Under the pieces are notes generated by a model, which did no database searches, was not told the DNA's origin, and worked only from the letters and a program-made list of their open reading frames with translations. Of a stretch of DNA of 64,000 bases, positions 10,167-21,479 are shown in pieces. The stretch lies in the NCBI GenBank assembly GCA_965262115.1, contig OZ253496.1, forward strand, positions 1,504,001-1,568,000. The letters run 5' to 3'. The translations under genes and the position numbers were made by a program. Every line of letters starts with the position of its first letter. Position 1 is the stretch's first letter. Source of the DNA: Nitrospinales bacterium. GTDB lineage: Bacteria > Nitrospinota > Nitrospinia > Nitrospinales > VA-1.

Positions 10167-10417
10167 CAGTAGCGGAATGGGTGGGCATCAAGTTGTCTTG
10201 GCTTGATAAGCAATTGCCCAATTCCCCCCTGATAAGGGGGGCTAGGGGGGTTGCTCAAAGGGCCCCTCTTTCTAAAGTACCCGTGCCGGGCACGAGGGCT
10301 TTGGAACAATATCACGAGGGGCTGGGGTGATTTGCCTCAAGGGGTTTTGTCATTGCGAACGAAGTGAAGCAATCCAGAAAGCCTGGATCGCCGCGCCACT
10401 TTGCGGCTCGCGATGAC
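10142..10417. repeat. Composite repeat cluster: family B (10142-10241), CCCTCTTT hairpin carrying a family A unit (10278-10316), REP-like family C (10349-10417)
   Basis: 10263-10358 is homologous to the reverse complement of about 21566-21661. Confidence 0.8.
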
Positions 10418-10527
10418 AAAGTGAAAGCTTGCCCCCTTTTCCTTGCACTACCCCCCGCCAAACAGATACAATCGGCATTCAAAATCGAGAATCGGAAGTT
10501 TTAAATTAAACGAAAAAGGGGATGGGT

Positions 10528-10818
10528 ATGTCAAAACTACTAGCTATAATTCTAGCACTATTGTTTATCGGCTGCGCAACCGAACGCTTTGGACGTCTGC
10601 AACACGTTACCAATTCCGAAAAGAATTATTTAACTTGTGAAGCTATCCAGGTCGAGCTTGAAAAAGCGCAAGATTTTATTATCGAAACAAATAAAGAAGA
10701 TAACGAATTTAAAGGAACAGATTTTTTAGCTTTCTTAGGTGATTTTGGAATAGGTAATGCCATGGAAGTGTCTAGCGTCATCGAGGGAGATGAATCCCAT
10801 ACTGATTCGGAGAATTAA
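10528..10818 (+). CDS. Putative lipoprotein, C-terminus possibly truncated
   Basis: Signal peptide with FIGC lipobox-like motif; LGDFGIGN. Confidence 0.65.
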   Translation: MSKLLAIILALLFIGCATERFGRLQHVTNSEKNYLTCEAIQVELEKAQDFIIETNKEDNEFKGTDFLAFLGDFGIGNAMEVSSVIEGDESHTDSEN

Positions 10819-11007
10819 ACAGGATTGAGCGCAGTCCGTAGCAAATCCTCCGCTTTCGAACCCTTTTTAGTAATTAGCCCTCATTGCATTGCCGGAGGTT
10901 TTCAGATAAAATAATGCCGGATGAAAGACGGGAAGTAATTGTTGCACTTCTAAAAAACAGGAACTACAATTCTAAAAACTATAAATCAAAAGATATAGCC
11001 AAGTAGT

Positions 11008-12452
11008 GGGCCTGTTGCCCAAAGGGTTGCCGTGAAGGGTTGCTGATATTAATTTTGTGTATTTCTTACGAATTTTCTTTTCTAAATTGAAATCCCAAAA
11101 CCCAGATTCATTCCTCCCCAAGTTGAAGCCTGCAAGCAGTTTTTGAATCGTTGTACGACCTTCAGTGCATGACTGTGAATCGGTTTTTTCAGGTGTTGGA
11201 TCATTCGTTTGATGTTTTGAATGGATGCGGTCAGGTATTCTTGAATCTGGATCAGCCATAATCTTCGCCACCGTGCCCTTTTGAATCCCAAGGGCACCGA
11301 ATATGCGAATGACCGTTCCATAAGATGCTGTCTCGTTTTCAGGTCTTGTTTTCCTTTTGGGGTCTTTGCCATTGCGCGCATTTCTTCGAGGTCGTCCTGA
11401 CGATCAACCCGTTGGATCGTGCGTCCGGTTGCACTACGTGTGCATTGGGATTTTAGTTCGCAGGCATTACCGTCGTCTGCTCTGGCGGCGTAATACATAC
11501 GCTGCTCTTTTAACCGGCAGGTCTTCAGCCGCAAGCGTTTGCCCACCGGGCAGATATAGGTATCGCTTTCAGGGTCGAATGTAAATGCGCTGTTGGAAAA
11601 TATTCCATGACGTTTGCCGTCTGTTTCCTGACTCTTTTTCAGGTCGGGCATATGGGGTTGAATGCCCATATCTTTGCAGGCAAGAAAGTTTTCCACCGTA
11701 CCGTATTTACTGTCGGCCACTGCGGTCTTCGCTGACATCCCGGTATTTTCCTGGTGCGCTTCCAGCATGGCACTGAACCGATGCGAATCGTCTACATCGC
11801 CACGTGTCACCTCAGTCGTGGTGATCACTTCCGCCGCCGGATCCACCGAACGATGTACTTTATAACGCAAACGCGAACCCCCGCGCGGCACAATCGCCGC
11901 ATCCGGAGCGGTCGTAGAACGGTAACGAACATTAACTTCTCTGCGTACCCGCCGATTATTGGATTCCTCCGGTTCGCCCAGTCTCTCACAAAGTTTCTCG
12001 TAACCCTTGGTTTCGATAATACGCTGGGATTAGGAATCACAGTGTCCAGACCATAACCCAGAAACCAGAGCCAATCCATCCGCTACGGAAGCGTACGCAT
12101 CAACTCACGTTCGGAACGAACGTTGTAAAAGATGAGCAGCAACATCAGTTTTAGCATCACCGGAGGCGGAACCGATTCGTTGCCATTGTGGCCGTACTTA
12201 TCCTTTACTTGTTCATACACAAAATCCAGGTTCAAAACGGAAGAAACTTGCCGCAACTCGTGATCTGGAGGACTCCGATCTTCAAGATTCACGGCCTAGT
12301 TAAAGAATACGCTCTGGGACGGGGTTTCGCGTTTCATCATGGGAATGACTCCCGGAAAAAAAGATTAAAACTGTAGAAGAACAAAAACTAGCCAGATAAA
12401 TTATAATCCTTATAAACCCACGCTTCTATCAAAAGGTTTGGGCAACAGGCCC
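11008..12452 (-). mobile_element. Degenerate IS1182-family insertion sequence
   Basis: Perfect 16-bp TIRs GGGCCTGTTGCCCAAA (11008-11023) and TTTGGGCAACAGGCCC (12437-12452) enclosing transposase fragments. Confidence 0.9.
11082..12340 (-). pseudogene. IS1182-family transposase pseudogene
   Basis: N-terminal SVPPPVMLKLMLL..SERELM..WLWFLGY; C-terminal VADSKYG, YICPVG, MERSFA; in-frame stops, frameshift and internal deletion. Confidence 0.88.
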
Positions 12453-12467
12453 AAAAGACTTGACAGG

Positions 12468-12819
12468 GAGAGCTTTGCATAACCCGAGATTACCCCTTCT
12501 ACCCGTTCCGGGCATGAAGTTTAAGGAAGAGGACATCACATACCCGTTCTACCCCTGCGGGGCACGAACCGATGGAAGAAATATCACACGCTCATGATGT
12601 TATAGGTTGGGGATATCACAGGCTCGCGAAGGTTAAGGAAAAATATCACGCCTTCGTCACCTTGTTCCTCAGAATGACAAAATGGCCCAGTATTGTCATG
12701 CTGAGCTAGTGATATTTGACCTTTGAATTCTTGCCCCGTAGGGGTATGTGATATCCTCTTCCTTAAACTTCATGCCCGGAACGGGTAGAAGGGGTAATCT
12801 CGGGTTATGCAAAGCTCTC
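12468..12819. repeat. MITE-like composite with 78-bp inverted arms and six nested or tandem family A units
   Basis: 12468-12545 is the reverse complement of 12742-12819 with one mismatch. Confidence 0.85.
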
Positions 12820-13225
12820 GTTTCCAGAGGTAATTTTATGGGTCCGCAGCAGGGTTGAGGCGAATAACGGTCTGCATTGAAGATTAAAAGTAAATCGACA
12901 AAATGACAGTTGGTGAGTTTTTCAGGAGGTTCCTTCCTGTCCCACAAAAAATAGCTTTAATTCTGGGGAGAATTAGTCCAATTATACCCCCTCAAGCCCG
13001 ATCTCCCAAGTTTCGAGCATCCTCTGAGCTTGATTCGCGGTCTATTTCCAGAGGTTTCTGCCCTTTTTCAGAGTGGCAAGTGATTTTTTCCTGTTAAGAC
13101 GGGTTTTTAGTGGAAAACCGACTCGTCAGGCCTTATTTTGGTGGGTTTCGTATTGTCACACTATATTGAATATGTTAGTCTGAGCTACAATTTGGTTCCC
13201 TTTTTGGGGACTTCCCAAAAAATCT

Positions 13226-13299
13226 CTCACGTTTCCGGATCAAGCCAAGGGTGGCCTGCGGGTTCTTGGTGCGAAGCGATGGAGGCGGAGGTACAACCC
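13226..13299 (+). promoter_or_regulatory. Probable S2 (rpsB) autoregulatory leader
   Basis: CTCAC...GGGTG...GGAGG..AACCC layout upstream of rpsB resembles the known rpsB leader. Confidence 0.55.
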
Positions 13300-13320
13300 A
13301 TTCATTTTTAAGGAGTTTGC

Positions 13321-14118
13321 ATGTCTGAAATCACCATGAAGCAACTGCTGGAGTCGGGGGTCCATTTCGGACACCAGACCAATCGCTGGAACCCAAAAAT
13401 GAAACCCTATATTTATGGGGCACGTAGCGGGATCTATATTATTGATCTGCAGAAAACCCTGGTTCATTTCCAGGAAGCTGAAAAATGTGTCCGGGAATTG
13501 GCTCGGGCTGGCAAGAAGATCCTTTTTGTGGCGACCAAAAAACAGGCGCATGAACTGGTTGCCGAAGAAGCAACCCGTTGCGGGATGTACTACATCAACC
13601 AAAGATGGCTTGGCGGTACGCTTACAAACTTTGCCACCATTCGCAAGAGCATCGCCCGGTTGCATGAACTGGAAAAAATGGACGAAGAAAACCAGTTCGA
13701 TCTTTTACATAAAAAAGAAGCTTTGAAAATGAGAAGAGAAATTGACAAACTGAATAAATTCTTCAGAGGTATCAAAAATATGAAGGATTTGCCGGATGCT
13801 CTTTTCATCGTTGATACACGGAAAGAAAAAATCGCGCAGGCTGAAGGTCAAAAGCTGGGCATTAAAATCATCGCTATGGTCGACACCAACTCCGACCCGG
13901 ACGGCGTGGACTATCCCATCCCGGCAAACGATGACGCAATGCGTTCTATCAAGCTGTTTACCCAGCGGATTGCGGATGTCTGTCTGGAAGGACAGGAAAT
14001 GAACAGGGCCAGCCAGGCTAAAAAAGAGGCGGACAAAAAACCTGAACCCAGCGATTCGCCGGAACCGGTTTCGGTTGCCGGTGACAACGGGAGCAGTGAA
14101 AGCTCTGTGCCTGCCTGA
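13321..14118 (+). CDS. rpsB: 30S ribosomal protein S2
   Basis: [33 protein letters not shown]. Confidence 0.98.
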   Translation: MSEITMKQLLESGVHFGHQTNRWNPKMKPYIYGARSGIYIIDLQKTLVHFQEAEKCVRELARAGKKILFVATKKQAHELVAEEATRCGMYYINQRWLGGTLTNFATIRKSIARLHELEKMDEENQFDLLHKKEALKMRREIDKLNKFFRGIKNMKDLPDALFIVDTRKEKIAQAEGQKLGIKIIAMVDTNSDPDGVDYPIPANDDAMRSIKLFTQRIADVCLEGQEMNRASQAKKEADKKPEPSDSPEPVSVAGDNGSSESSVPA

Positions 14119-14342
14119 ACCACTGAACATCTCCCCGGGTTCCTATAGGTTAAGAACATCCTTTAAGGAAAGAGTCTAGGTGTATCCGGGCTGAAGCCGG
14201 GAGTCTGAAAAACCGGTTGCGACGGAAAAATTAAGGGAAGCTCTAAAGAACTTTTGTGAGCTTGCAATTCGCCGCCCCATGGCAAAATTTGATTTTTAGT
14301 ATTCTTGAATTTTAATAAACAATTTTTGATTAGGGAAATGGA

Positions 14343-14930
14343 ATGGAAATAACTGCTGCGATGGTTAAGGAATTGCGCTCTCAGTCGGGCGCGGGAATTA
14401 TGGAATGCAAGTCGGCCCTGAAAGAAACCCGGGGCGATGTGGAAGAGGCGATCACATTTCTCAGAAAAAAAGGATTGGCCAAGGCAGATAAAAAGGCCGG
14501 CCGCCAGACCGCTGAAGGAGTCATTGGTTCCTACATCCATCAGGGTAGCAAGATTGGCGTGATGATTGAGCTCAATTGCGAAACGGATTTTGTGGCCAAC
14601 ACCCCTGATTTTCAGGAACTGGTCAGGGATATTGCCATGCATATTGCGGCGGCCAGACCACGTTTTGCCACCCGCGAAGAGGTGACCGAAGATGTTCTTG
14701 CAAAAGAACGGGAAATCTTTGCCCATCAGGCCAAGGAATCAGGAAAGCCGGAAAACATCGTTGAAAAAATTGTTACCGGGAAAATGGAAAAATTCTACGG
14801 AGAAAACTGCGTGCTGGAGCAGCTGTTTATCAAGGATACCAATATTACTATTGGCGATTTGATCAAACAGAAAATCGCCCTGCTGGGTGAAAATATCAAT
14901 ATTGGTCAATTTTCCAGATTTGAAATTTAA
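14343..14930 (+). CDS. tsf: Elongation factor Ts (short form)
   Basis: [24 protein letters not shown]. Confidence 0.98.
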   Translation: MEITAAMVKELRSQSGAGIMECKSALKETRGDVEEAITFLRKKGLAKADKKAGRQTAEGVIGSYIHQGSKIGVMIELNCETDFVANTPDFQELVRDIAMHIAAARPRFATREEVTEDVLAKEREIFAHQAKESGKPENIVEKIVTGKMEKFYGENCVLEQLFIKDTNITIGDLIKQKIALLGENINIGQFSRFEI

Positions 14931-15655
14931 TGGGCGAGCCGATTTATAAAAGGGTATTGTTGAAACTGGGCGGTGAAAGCCTGGCCGCTGAAGAAGGCGC
15001 ATTTGGTCTGGACGAGGGCGCTCTGACAAATATTACGGAAGAAATCCGCGAGGCCAGAGATCTTGGAGTTGAAATTGCTATTGTCATCGGAGGAGGCAAT
15101 ATTCTAAGAGGTGCGTCCTTGAGTTCTATAGGAATCGAGCGCACTACTGGCGACTATATGGGGATGCTCGCGACAGTGATCAACGGGCTGGCGTTGCAGC
15201 ATGCTTTGGAACACGTTGGAATTCCCACCCGCGTGCAGTCTGCGATCGAAATTCAGGCGGTGTCGGAAACCTATGTGCGCCGCCGTGCGATTCGTCATCT
15301 GGAAAAAGGGCGTGTGGTTATATTTGCAGGCGGGACAGGCAACCCCTATTTCACCACCGATACAGCGGCATCTCTTAGAGCCATGGAGATTGGCGCGGAG
15401 GTGATTTTCAAAGCCACCAAGGTTGATGGAATTTATTCTGCGGACCCCATGACCGATGAGTCGGCCACGAAATTCGAGGATCTGTCTTATCTGGATGTGC
15501 TGCAGAAGGGTTTAAAGGTTATGGACTCGACCTCGATATCCCTTTGCATGGATAACAAGCTGCCGATGATCATATTTAACTTTCGCCATAAACATAGTAT
15601 TAAACGGGTTCTGCTGGGTGAAAAACTCGGCACCATAGTGGGAGTCTTAAAATGA
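14930..15655 (+). CDS. pyrH: UMP kinase
   Basis: [29 protein letters not shown]. Confidence 0.98.
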   Translation: MGEPIYKRVLLKLGGESLAAEEGAFGLDEGALTNITEEIREARDLGVEIAIVIGGGNILRGASLSSIGIERTTGDYMGMLATVINGLALQHALEHVGIPTRVQSAIEIQAVSETYVRRRAIRHLEKGRVVIFAGGTGNPYFTTDTAASLRAMEIGAEVIFKATKVDGIYSADPMTDESATKFEDLSYLDVLQKGLKVMDSTSISLCMDNKLPMIIFNFRHKHSIKRVLLGEKLGTIVGVLK

Positions 15656-16209
15656 TTGCTGATTTAATCCATAGCGCAGAAAAGAAAATGGGGATCTCGG
15701 TCGACCACCTGCATCATGAGTTAGGGAAGTTGCGGACAGGTCAGGCTTCGGTTGCGCTGTTGGATGATCTCAAGGTCGATTACTACGGAAACCCGACTCC
15801 TTTAAATCAGGTAGCGACTTTGGGCACCCCGGACAGCCAGACCCTGACGATCCAACCTTGGGAAGTATCGATTTTGAAGGATATCGAGAAAGCTCTCCAG
15901 GCATCAGATCTTGGCCTAACTCCCAACAACGACGGCAAGATGATCCGCCTCACCATTCCACCACTCACCAATGAGCGTCGGCAACAATTGGTCAAGCTGG
16001 TAAAAAAGTATTCTGAGGACTGCAAGGTGGCGATCCGGAATGTGCGGAGAGAAGTTAACGATAAGCTGAAAAAAACAGAAAAAAATCATGAGATTTCGGA
16101 GGACGAAAGCCATAAAGCCGTGGACAATATCCAGAAAATGACCGATAAGTTTGTCGCCGAAATTGATAAAATCGCCCAGACTAAAGAAAAAGATATGATG
16201 GATGTATGA
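15652..16209 (+). CDS. frr: Ribosome recycling factor
   Basis: [26 protein letters not shown]. Confidence 0.98.
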   Translation: MIADLIHSAEKKMGISVDHLHHELGKLRTGQASVALLDDLKVDYYGNPTPLNQVATLGTPDSQTLTIQPWEVSILKDIEKALQASDLGLTPNNDGKMIRLTIPPLTNERRQQLVKLVKKYSEDCKVAIRNVRREVNDKLKKTEKNHEISEDESHKAVDNIQKMTDKFVAEIDKIAQTKEKDMMDV

Positions 16210-16311
16210 AGCAGTTTTTTTGTAGTATCTTTTCAGTATGCAGGTAGTATGTTTGTCAGAAAGCCCCTCTTCTTACCGGTGGGTTTGGCCAATTAATCAG
16301 GAGCCGCCTCC

Positions 16312-17067
16312 TTGGTCGATATATCGTTGCAGGAAAAAATAGATTCCAATCGTTTGCCCAGGCATGTTGCCATTATTATGGATGGCAACGGGCGCTGGGC
16401 GCAAAATAATTCCCTCCCCCGTATTGAAGGTCATTGGGCGGGCGTCAAGGTCGTGGACAGCATTGTCACCCTGAGCCGCGAACTCAACCTGGAAGCTTTG
16501 ACCCTCTACTCGTTCTCCGATGAGAACTGGAACCGCCCGTCCACAGAAATCAACACGCTCATGAAAATCCTGGATTTTTATTTGAAGAAGGAATTGAAGC
16601 GGATGAAAGATGAGAATATCCGCTTCAATACCATTGGGCGTGTTCAGGACTTGCCCGAGGCGATCCAAAAATTGATCCGTCATTCCATAGAAGATACTCG
16701 TAATAATGCCGGTATGGTCCTCACCCTGGCGCTGAGTTATGGCGGCAGGCAGGAGATCATCGATGCGGTAAAAAATATTGCTGAGCAGGTTCGCTCGGGA
16801 CGGATCCGGCCGGAAGAAATTGATCCGGCCCTGTTTGAATCGTTTCTTTCCACACACCCTCTTCCCGACCCTGATCTGATTATCAGGACCAGCGGAGAAA
16901 GAAGGATCAGTAATTTTCTTTTGTACCAGAGTGCTTATACCGAATTGCACTACAACAATGTGTTGTGGCCGGACTTTTCGGATGATGATTTCCTGAACGC
17001 GATCATTGACTTTCAAAGCCGAGACCGGCGCTTTGGAATGACGCAAGAACAAATTGTCAAAGCCTGA
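16312..17067 (+). CDS. uppS: Undecaprenyl diphosphate synthase (TTG start)
   Basis: HVAIIMDGNGRWA, FSDENWNR, IRTSGERRISNFLL. Confidence 0.97.
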   Translation: MVDISLQEKIDSNRLPRHVAIIMDGNGRWAQNNSLPRIEGHWAGVKVVDSIVTLSRELNLEALTLYSFSDENWNRPSTEINTLMKILDFYLKKELKRMKDENIRFNTIGRVQDLPEAIQKLIRHSIEDTRNNAGMVLTLALSYGGRQEIIDAVKNIAEQVRSGRIRPEEIDPALFESFLSTHPLPDPDLIIRTSGERRISNFLLYQSAYTELHYNNVLWPDFSDDDFLNAIIDFQSRDRRFGMTQEQIVKA

Positions 17068-17159
17068 CCTCAATCATTGACCATTCCTATTGAGAAACCC
17101 ACACCCGTGATCTTAAACGTTCCCACAAGGATTCATAAAAACCCAACAGGAGCTGGCTC

Positions 17160-17954
17160 TTGAAACGCGTTATCAGTGGAGCCATAGGCATTCCCATTGT
17201 GCTGGGAATTGTGTTGTACGGCTCTCCCCTCTTGTTCTTTGGTTTTGTTACGGCAATTGTTTTGCTCGCCAGCTACGAATACTTTGCCATGACTTCTAAT
17301 ACGGGTGTAGAGGGTTTTCCCATTGAGGGCGGGGTGTTGAGTTTCCTGCTTTTACTGGGTTTCTATCTGGGTACCCAGTTTTTATTTTTATTTGCAGCCC
17401 TGCTTCCCGTCATTTTGTTCGCGACCTGGTTCTTCAGGGAAAATAATGTGAAAGTGGCTTTGGATCCGATCGCTTATACGGTTCTCGGGGTTTTTTATAT
17501 TGCGGGATTGGGCGGGTACTTCCTGTTGATCCGCAATTTGGAAGGCGGAAGCCAGATGATCGTGTTCCTCCTGCTTCTGATCTGGGCTGGTGATACGGCA
17601 GCCTATTATGCCGGCCAGAACCTGGGCAAACACAAACTCATGCCTGTGATCAGTCCCAACAAGACGATGGAAGGGGCTATCGCCAATGTGCTGGGAACCC
17701 TTTTGGCCGCATTAATCATCAAGTTATGGTTTTTTCAGGAATTTTCGCTAACGCATTGTTTGATTGTAGCCTTTATATGCGGTATCATCGGTCAGTTTGG
17801 GGATTTTTCGGAATCGCTGATAAAAAGAAATTGTCGGGTGAAAGATTCAGGCTCATGGATTCCGGGCCATGGCGGTTTTCTTGATCGTATTGACAGCCTG
17901 TTGTTCGCTGGCCCGGCTTTCTATTGTTATTACCAATTGTTCCTGGGGACATAG
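17160..17954 (+). CDS. cdsA: Phosphatidate cytidylyltransferase
   Basis: SPNKTMEG, GDFSESLIKR..VKDSG..IPGHGGFLDRID. Confidence 0.96.
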   Translation: MKRVISGAIGIPIVLGIVLYGSPLLFFGFVTAIVLLASYEYFAMTSNTGVEGFPIEGGVLSFLLLLGFYLGTQFLFLFAALLPVILFATWFFRENNVKVALDPIAYTVLGVFYIAGLGGYFLLIRNLEGGSQMIVFLLLLIWAGDTAAYYAGQNLGKHKLMPVISPNKTMEGAIANVLGTLLAALIIKLWFFQEFSLTHCLIVAFICGIIGQFGDFSESLIKRNCRVKDSGSWIPGHGGFLDRIDSLLFAGPAFYCYYQLFLGT

Positions 17955-17977
17955 TCAAACCCCGTCAGGACAACTTC

Positions 17978-19132
17978 ATGAAAAAGATATCCCTTCTGGG
18001 CTCGACGGGTTCCATTGGCGTCAACACGCTGGACGTTATAGAGCGCTATCCCGAAAATTTTCAGATTTGCGCCCTTTCCGCCGGAAGCAACGTAGAACTG
18101 TTTGCCCGCCAGATTCGAAAATTCAAGTCCGCACTCGCCGCCCTGTTTGATTCCACTAAAGTGGATGCCTTGAAGGAACTGGTTGGCGATTTGGATGTGG
18201 AAATCGTTTCCGGTCCGGAAGGTTCGGTTTCTGCCGCTTCTTTTCCGGAAGCCGACCTGGTCGTTTCCGGAGTGGTGGGCAGCGCCGGATTGCTCCCAGC
18301 CCTTGCTGCACTCAAAGCCGGAAAAAACCTGGCGCTTGCCAATAAAGAAACGCTTGTTATAGCTGGCGAACTGGCGCTGAAAGAAGCCGCGCGGACCAAC
18401 ACTAAAATCATTCCTATCGACAGCGAACACAGCGCAATTTTTCAGGCTTTGAACGGAGAGAAAACAGAGCGCATCAAAAAAATTATTCTGACCGCGTCTG
18501 GCGGACCTTTCAGAACTTTCAGCCTCAAGCAGATGGAAAACGTCACGGTGAAGGAGGCGCTCAATCATCCCAACTGGAGTATGGGAGCCAAAATCACCAT
18601 CGACTCTTCCACCATGATGAACAAGGGCCTCGAATATATAGAAGCCAAATGGCTGTTTGGCGTGGAGACCAACGTCGAGGTCATCGTTCACGCACAGAGC
18701 ATCATTCATTCGATGATCGAGTTTGTCGACACTTCCATCATGGCGCAGTTGGGCATTCCCGATATGCGGGTTCCCATCGCTTACGCCCTGACTTATCCGG
18801 ACCGGTTTGAAAGTGAACTGCCCTCTCTGGATTTGGCAGCAATGGGTGACCTGACCTTTGAGGCTCCAGACTTTGAAAGATTTCCCTGCCTGCAACTGGC
18901 TATGGATGCCATGGAAATGGGCCAGACCCTGCCGGCAGTCCTCAATGCCGCTAACGAAATCGCAGTGCAGGCGTTCCTCGATGAACTGATCCCCTATAAA
19001 GATATTGCAGAACTCATTCGCATGGTCATGCAAAATCACCGCCCGGTCCCCCTGCAGGAATTGGAAGATGTTCTGGAAGCCGACCGCTGGGCTCGCGAAG
19101 AAACTACAAAACTAATAACAGTCACCCATTGA
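17978..19132 (+). CDS. dxr: 1-deoxy-D-xylulose-5-phosphate reductoisomerase
   Basis: LGSTGSIG, LANKE, PIDSEH, TASGGPF, KITIDS, NKGLE. Confidence 0.97.
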   Translation: MKKISLLGSTGSIGVNTLDVIERYPENFQICALSAGSNVELFARQIRKFKSALAALFDSTKVDALKELVGDLDVEIVSGPEGSVSAASFPEADLVVSGVVGSAGLLPALAALKAGKNLALANKETLVIAGELALKEAARTNTKIIPIDSEHSAIFQALNGEKTERIKKIILTASGGPFRTFSLKQMENVTVKEALNHPNWSMGAKITIDSSTMMNKGLEYIEAKWLFGVETNVEVIVHAQSIIHSMIEFVDTSIMAQLGIPDMRVPIAYALTYPDRFESELPSLDLAAMGDLTFEAPDFERFPCLQLAMDAMEMGQTLPAVLNAANEIAVQAFLDELIPYKDIAELIRMVMQNHRPVPLQELEDVLEADRWAREETTKLITVTH

Positions 19133-19234
19133 CCGGGCCACGCCCGGTGGAAATATGGCAATGACCCGTTAAGCCGAGAGAACTTTTTGCTCGCCAGTGA
19201 AAGTTATTGCTCATTGAATCCAGCGTCACGCTGG
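19133..19234 (+). repeat. Family B element filling the dxr-ispF spacer
   Basis: CCGGGCCACGCCCGG..TGGCAA..AAGCCGAGAGAAC..TATTGCT..CCAGCGTCACGCTGG. Confidence 0.8.
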
Positions 19235-19241
19235 TTAATAA

Positions 19242-19733
19242 ATGAATTTACCGAATATTCGCATTGGCAATGGTTATGATGTGCACCGTCTGGTTGAGGG
19301 AAGAAAACTCATCCTTGGAGGGGTCGATGTTCCGCATTCGATGGGACTGGACGGGCACTCCGATGCCGATGCCCTGGCACACGCTTTGTGCGATGCCCTG
19401 CTGGGGGCGCTGGGGGCGGGGGATATCGGTGCCTACTTTCCGGACACCGATTCGAAGTGGAAAGGCATTTCCAGCTTGCTGCTACTCAAAGAGGTCATGC
19501 GCATGTGCCGGGAAAAAGGGTTTGAACTTGCTAATGCCGATTCCGTGATCGTGGCGCAGAAGCCTAAACTTTCTCCGCATCTGCCAGAAATGAAAAAGAA
19601 TATTGCTGCGGCACTTGATGTAGAAACGAACCGGATAAATATTAAAGCCACCACAACTGAAAAGCTTGGGTTTGCCGGGCGGGAAGAAGGCATCACCGCC
19701 TACGCGGTTGCCTTACTGGTAAAAAATGTCTGA
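19242..19733 (+). CDS. ispF: 2-C-methyl-D-erythritol 2,4-cyclodiphosphate synthase
   Basis: [25 protein letters not shown]. Confidence 0.97.
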   Translation: MNLPNIRIGNGYDVHRLVEGRKLILGGVDVPHSMGLDGHSDADALAHALCDALLGALGAGDIGAYFPDTDSKWKGISSLLLLKEVMRMCREKGFELANADSVIVAQKPKLSPHLPEMKKNIAAALDVETNRINIKATTTEKLGFAGREEGITAYAVALLVKNV

Positions 19734-20979
19734 CCTTAACGAACGCATCGTAATCACAGGAATTGGGTTGACCTCCCCCAACGGCAACAACCTGAAAGAA
19801 TTCCGACAAAACCTGCTGAACGGGGTCTCAGGAGTGCAACATTTCGAAACCCGCTATATGGGGAAGGTCCACGCCGGAGTCTGCGATTTTGATGAACTGA
19901 AATACCAGAAGAAAAAAGAACGCCGTCGCGGCACCCGGGCCGGCTCTGTCGCCATCTACTGTTCGCAGGAAGCCATTGCCGATGCCGGAATTGATCTCGA
20001 AGCGATCGACCGTTCTAAAGTCGGTGTCTATCTCGGCGTGACCGAGCATGGCAATGTCGAGACCGAGAACGAAGTCTACAACATCAGCCAGTATGGTTAT
20101 GACACCAAGTTCTGGTCGCACCATCATAATCCCCGCACAGTGTCCAACAATCCGGCCGGCGAAGTGACCTTGAACATGAAAATCACCGGGCCGCATTACA
20201 CCATTGGCGCGGCCTGCGCCGCCGGGAATATGGGCGTCATTCAGGGTCTGCAGATGTTGCGGCTGGGGGAAGTCGATCTCGCATTGGTGGGCGGGGTGTC
20301 TGAGAGTATCCACACCTTCGGCATCTTTGCCAGTTTCAAAAGTGAGGGGGCTCTGGCCGAGCACGAAGACCCGACCAAAGCCAGCCGTCCGTTCGATAAA
20401 AACAGGAACGGCATCGTCTGTTCAGAGGGTGGTGCCGTCTACACGCTTGAACGATTATCGGATTCGCAAAAACGTGGCGCAAAAATCTACGGTGAAATCG
20501 TCGGTTACGCCACCAACTCCGACGCGATCGATTTCATCCTGCCCGACCCGGGCCGACAGGCTCAATGCATACGCATGGCGCTGGATAAGGCCGGACTCAA
20601 ACCGGGCGACATCGATATCCTCAATTGCCATGCCACCGCTACACAGATGGGAGACATTCAGGAGGCCAAGGCCATCCGCGAAGTGTTTGGCGATAACAGT
20701 AAAACGCGCATCAATAACACCAAAAGTTTTATCGGTCACACCATGGGTGCGGCGGGCACGCTGGAACTCTCCGGCAACCTGCCGACGTTTGAAGATAACC
20801 TGGTCCACCCCACCATCAATCTGGATGACCTCGACCCGGAATGCGCCTTGAACCACCTCGTCGCCAACAAACCGGAAAAACTCCCCTCCGTCGACCTCAT
20901 CATGAACAACTCCTTCGGCATGTTCGGCATCAATTCCGTCCTCATAGTGCGGAGTCCCTCCGCTGGGAACTTGCAATGA
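19726..20979 (+). CDS. Beta-ketoacyl-ACP synthase (divergent FabB/FabF-like)
   Basis: Cys-His-His triad: [31 protein letters not shown]. Confidence 0.92.
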   Translation: MSDLNERIVITGIGLTSPNGNNLKEFRQNLLNGVSGVQHFETRYMGKVHAGVCDFDELKYQKKKERRRGTRAGSVAIYCSQEAIADAGIDLEAIDRSKVGVYLGVTEHGNVETENEVYNISQYGYDTKFWSHHHNPRTVSNNPAGEVTLNMKITGPHYTIGAACAAGNMGVIQGLQMLRLGEVDLALVGGVSESIHTFGIFASFKSEGALAEHEDPTKASRPFDKNRNGIVCSEGGAVYTLERLSDSQKRGAKIYGEIVGYATNSDAIDFILPDPGRQAQCIRMALDKAGLKPGDIDILNCHATATQMGDIQEAKAIREVFGDNSKTRINNTKSFIGHTMGAAGTLELSGNLPTFEDNLVHPTINLDDLDPECALNHLVANKPEKLPSVDLIMNNSFGMFGINSVLIVRSPSAGNLQ

Positions 20980-21047
20980 CTCTTTCTAGCGGACAAACAG
21001 TCTTTTTTGCCCATTGGGATATAACTATTTGCCCCCACGGCGAGTGG
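20949..21047 (+). repeat. Family B element overlapping the KAS 3' end
   Basis: GCGGAGTCCCTCCGC..TTGCAA.....GCCC-CCACGGCGAGTGG, 99 bp. Confidence 0.7.
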
Positions 21048-21055
21048 ATTTAGGC

Positions 21056-21084
21056 TTGAAATTGGTCATATCTTCCATTAAAAT
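21056..21084 (+). promoter_or_regulatory. Putative internal sigma70 promoter before ACP
   Basis: TTGAAA, 17 bp, TAAAAT. Confidence 0.55.
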
Positions 21085-21116
21085 CAAGGCTGACGGAGAC
21101 TTGTGAGAGGAAAGTA

Positions 21117-21380
21117 ATGACGATTGAAGAAGTACGGCAGATTATTCTTAATATCCTTGCTGATATTGCCCCGGATGAGGATATCAGTTCTATTGACGAC
21201 AACACCAAATTGCGCGACCAGATCGACCTGGATTCGATGGATTTCCTCGATATCGTCATGGAACTCAGAAAACGCTTCAACATAGAAGTGCCGGAAAAAG
21301 ATTACGAACATCTGGCTACTATGGCCGGCTGCATTTCTTACCTCACCCCCTTATTAAAAGACCGACCGTTGGCCACTTAG
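21117..21380 (+). CDS. Acyl carrier protein
   Basis: LDSMD phosphopantetheine site, acidic 87 aa. Confidence 0.93.
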   Translation: MTIEEVRQIILNILADIAPDEDISSIDDNTKLRDQIDLDSMDFLDIVMELRKRFNIEVPEKDYEHLATMAGCISYLTPLLKDRPLAT

Positions 21381-21479
21381 GTTTTTTTAGCCCCTCTTTT
21401 TTTGACAGCATCCTTACATCCCCACTAAACACATTGCAAGGCTACGCCTTGAGGAAACTATTATCGCGGTGCTCCATTC

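Noticed and set aside
12083..12300. Stop-codon recoding (TAG readthrough) in the transposase
   Set aside because: Accompanied by a deletion and frameshift, and TAG is a normal stop elsewhere in the window; simple decay
12491..12650. CRISPR-like periodicity (ATATCAC every 30-48 bp)
   Set aside because: No constant repeat with unique spacers and no cas genes; explained by nested family A units
14120..14340. Possible ncRNA in the long rpsB-tsf spacer
   Set aside because: Only weak hairpins resembling a degenerate family B copy; no recognisable RNA family
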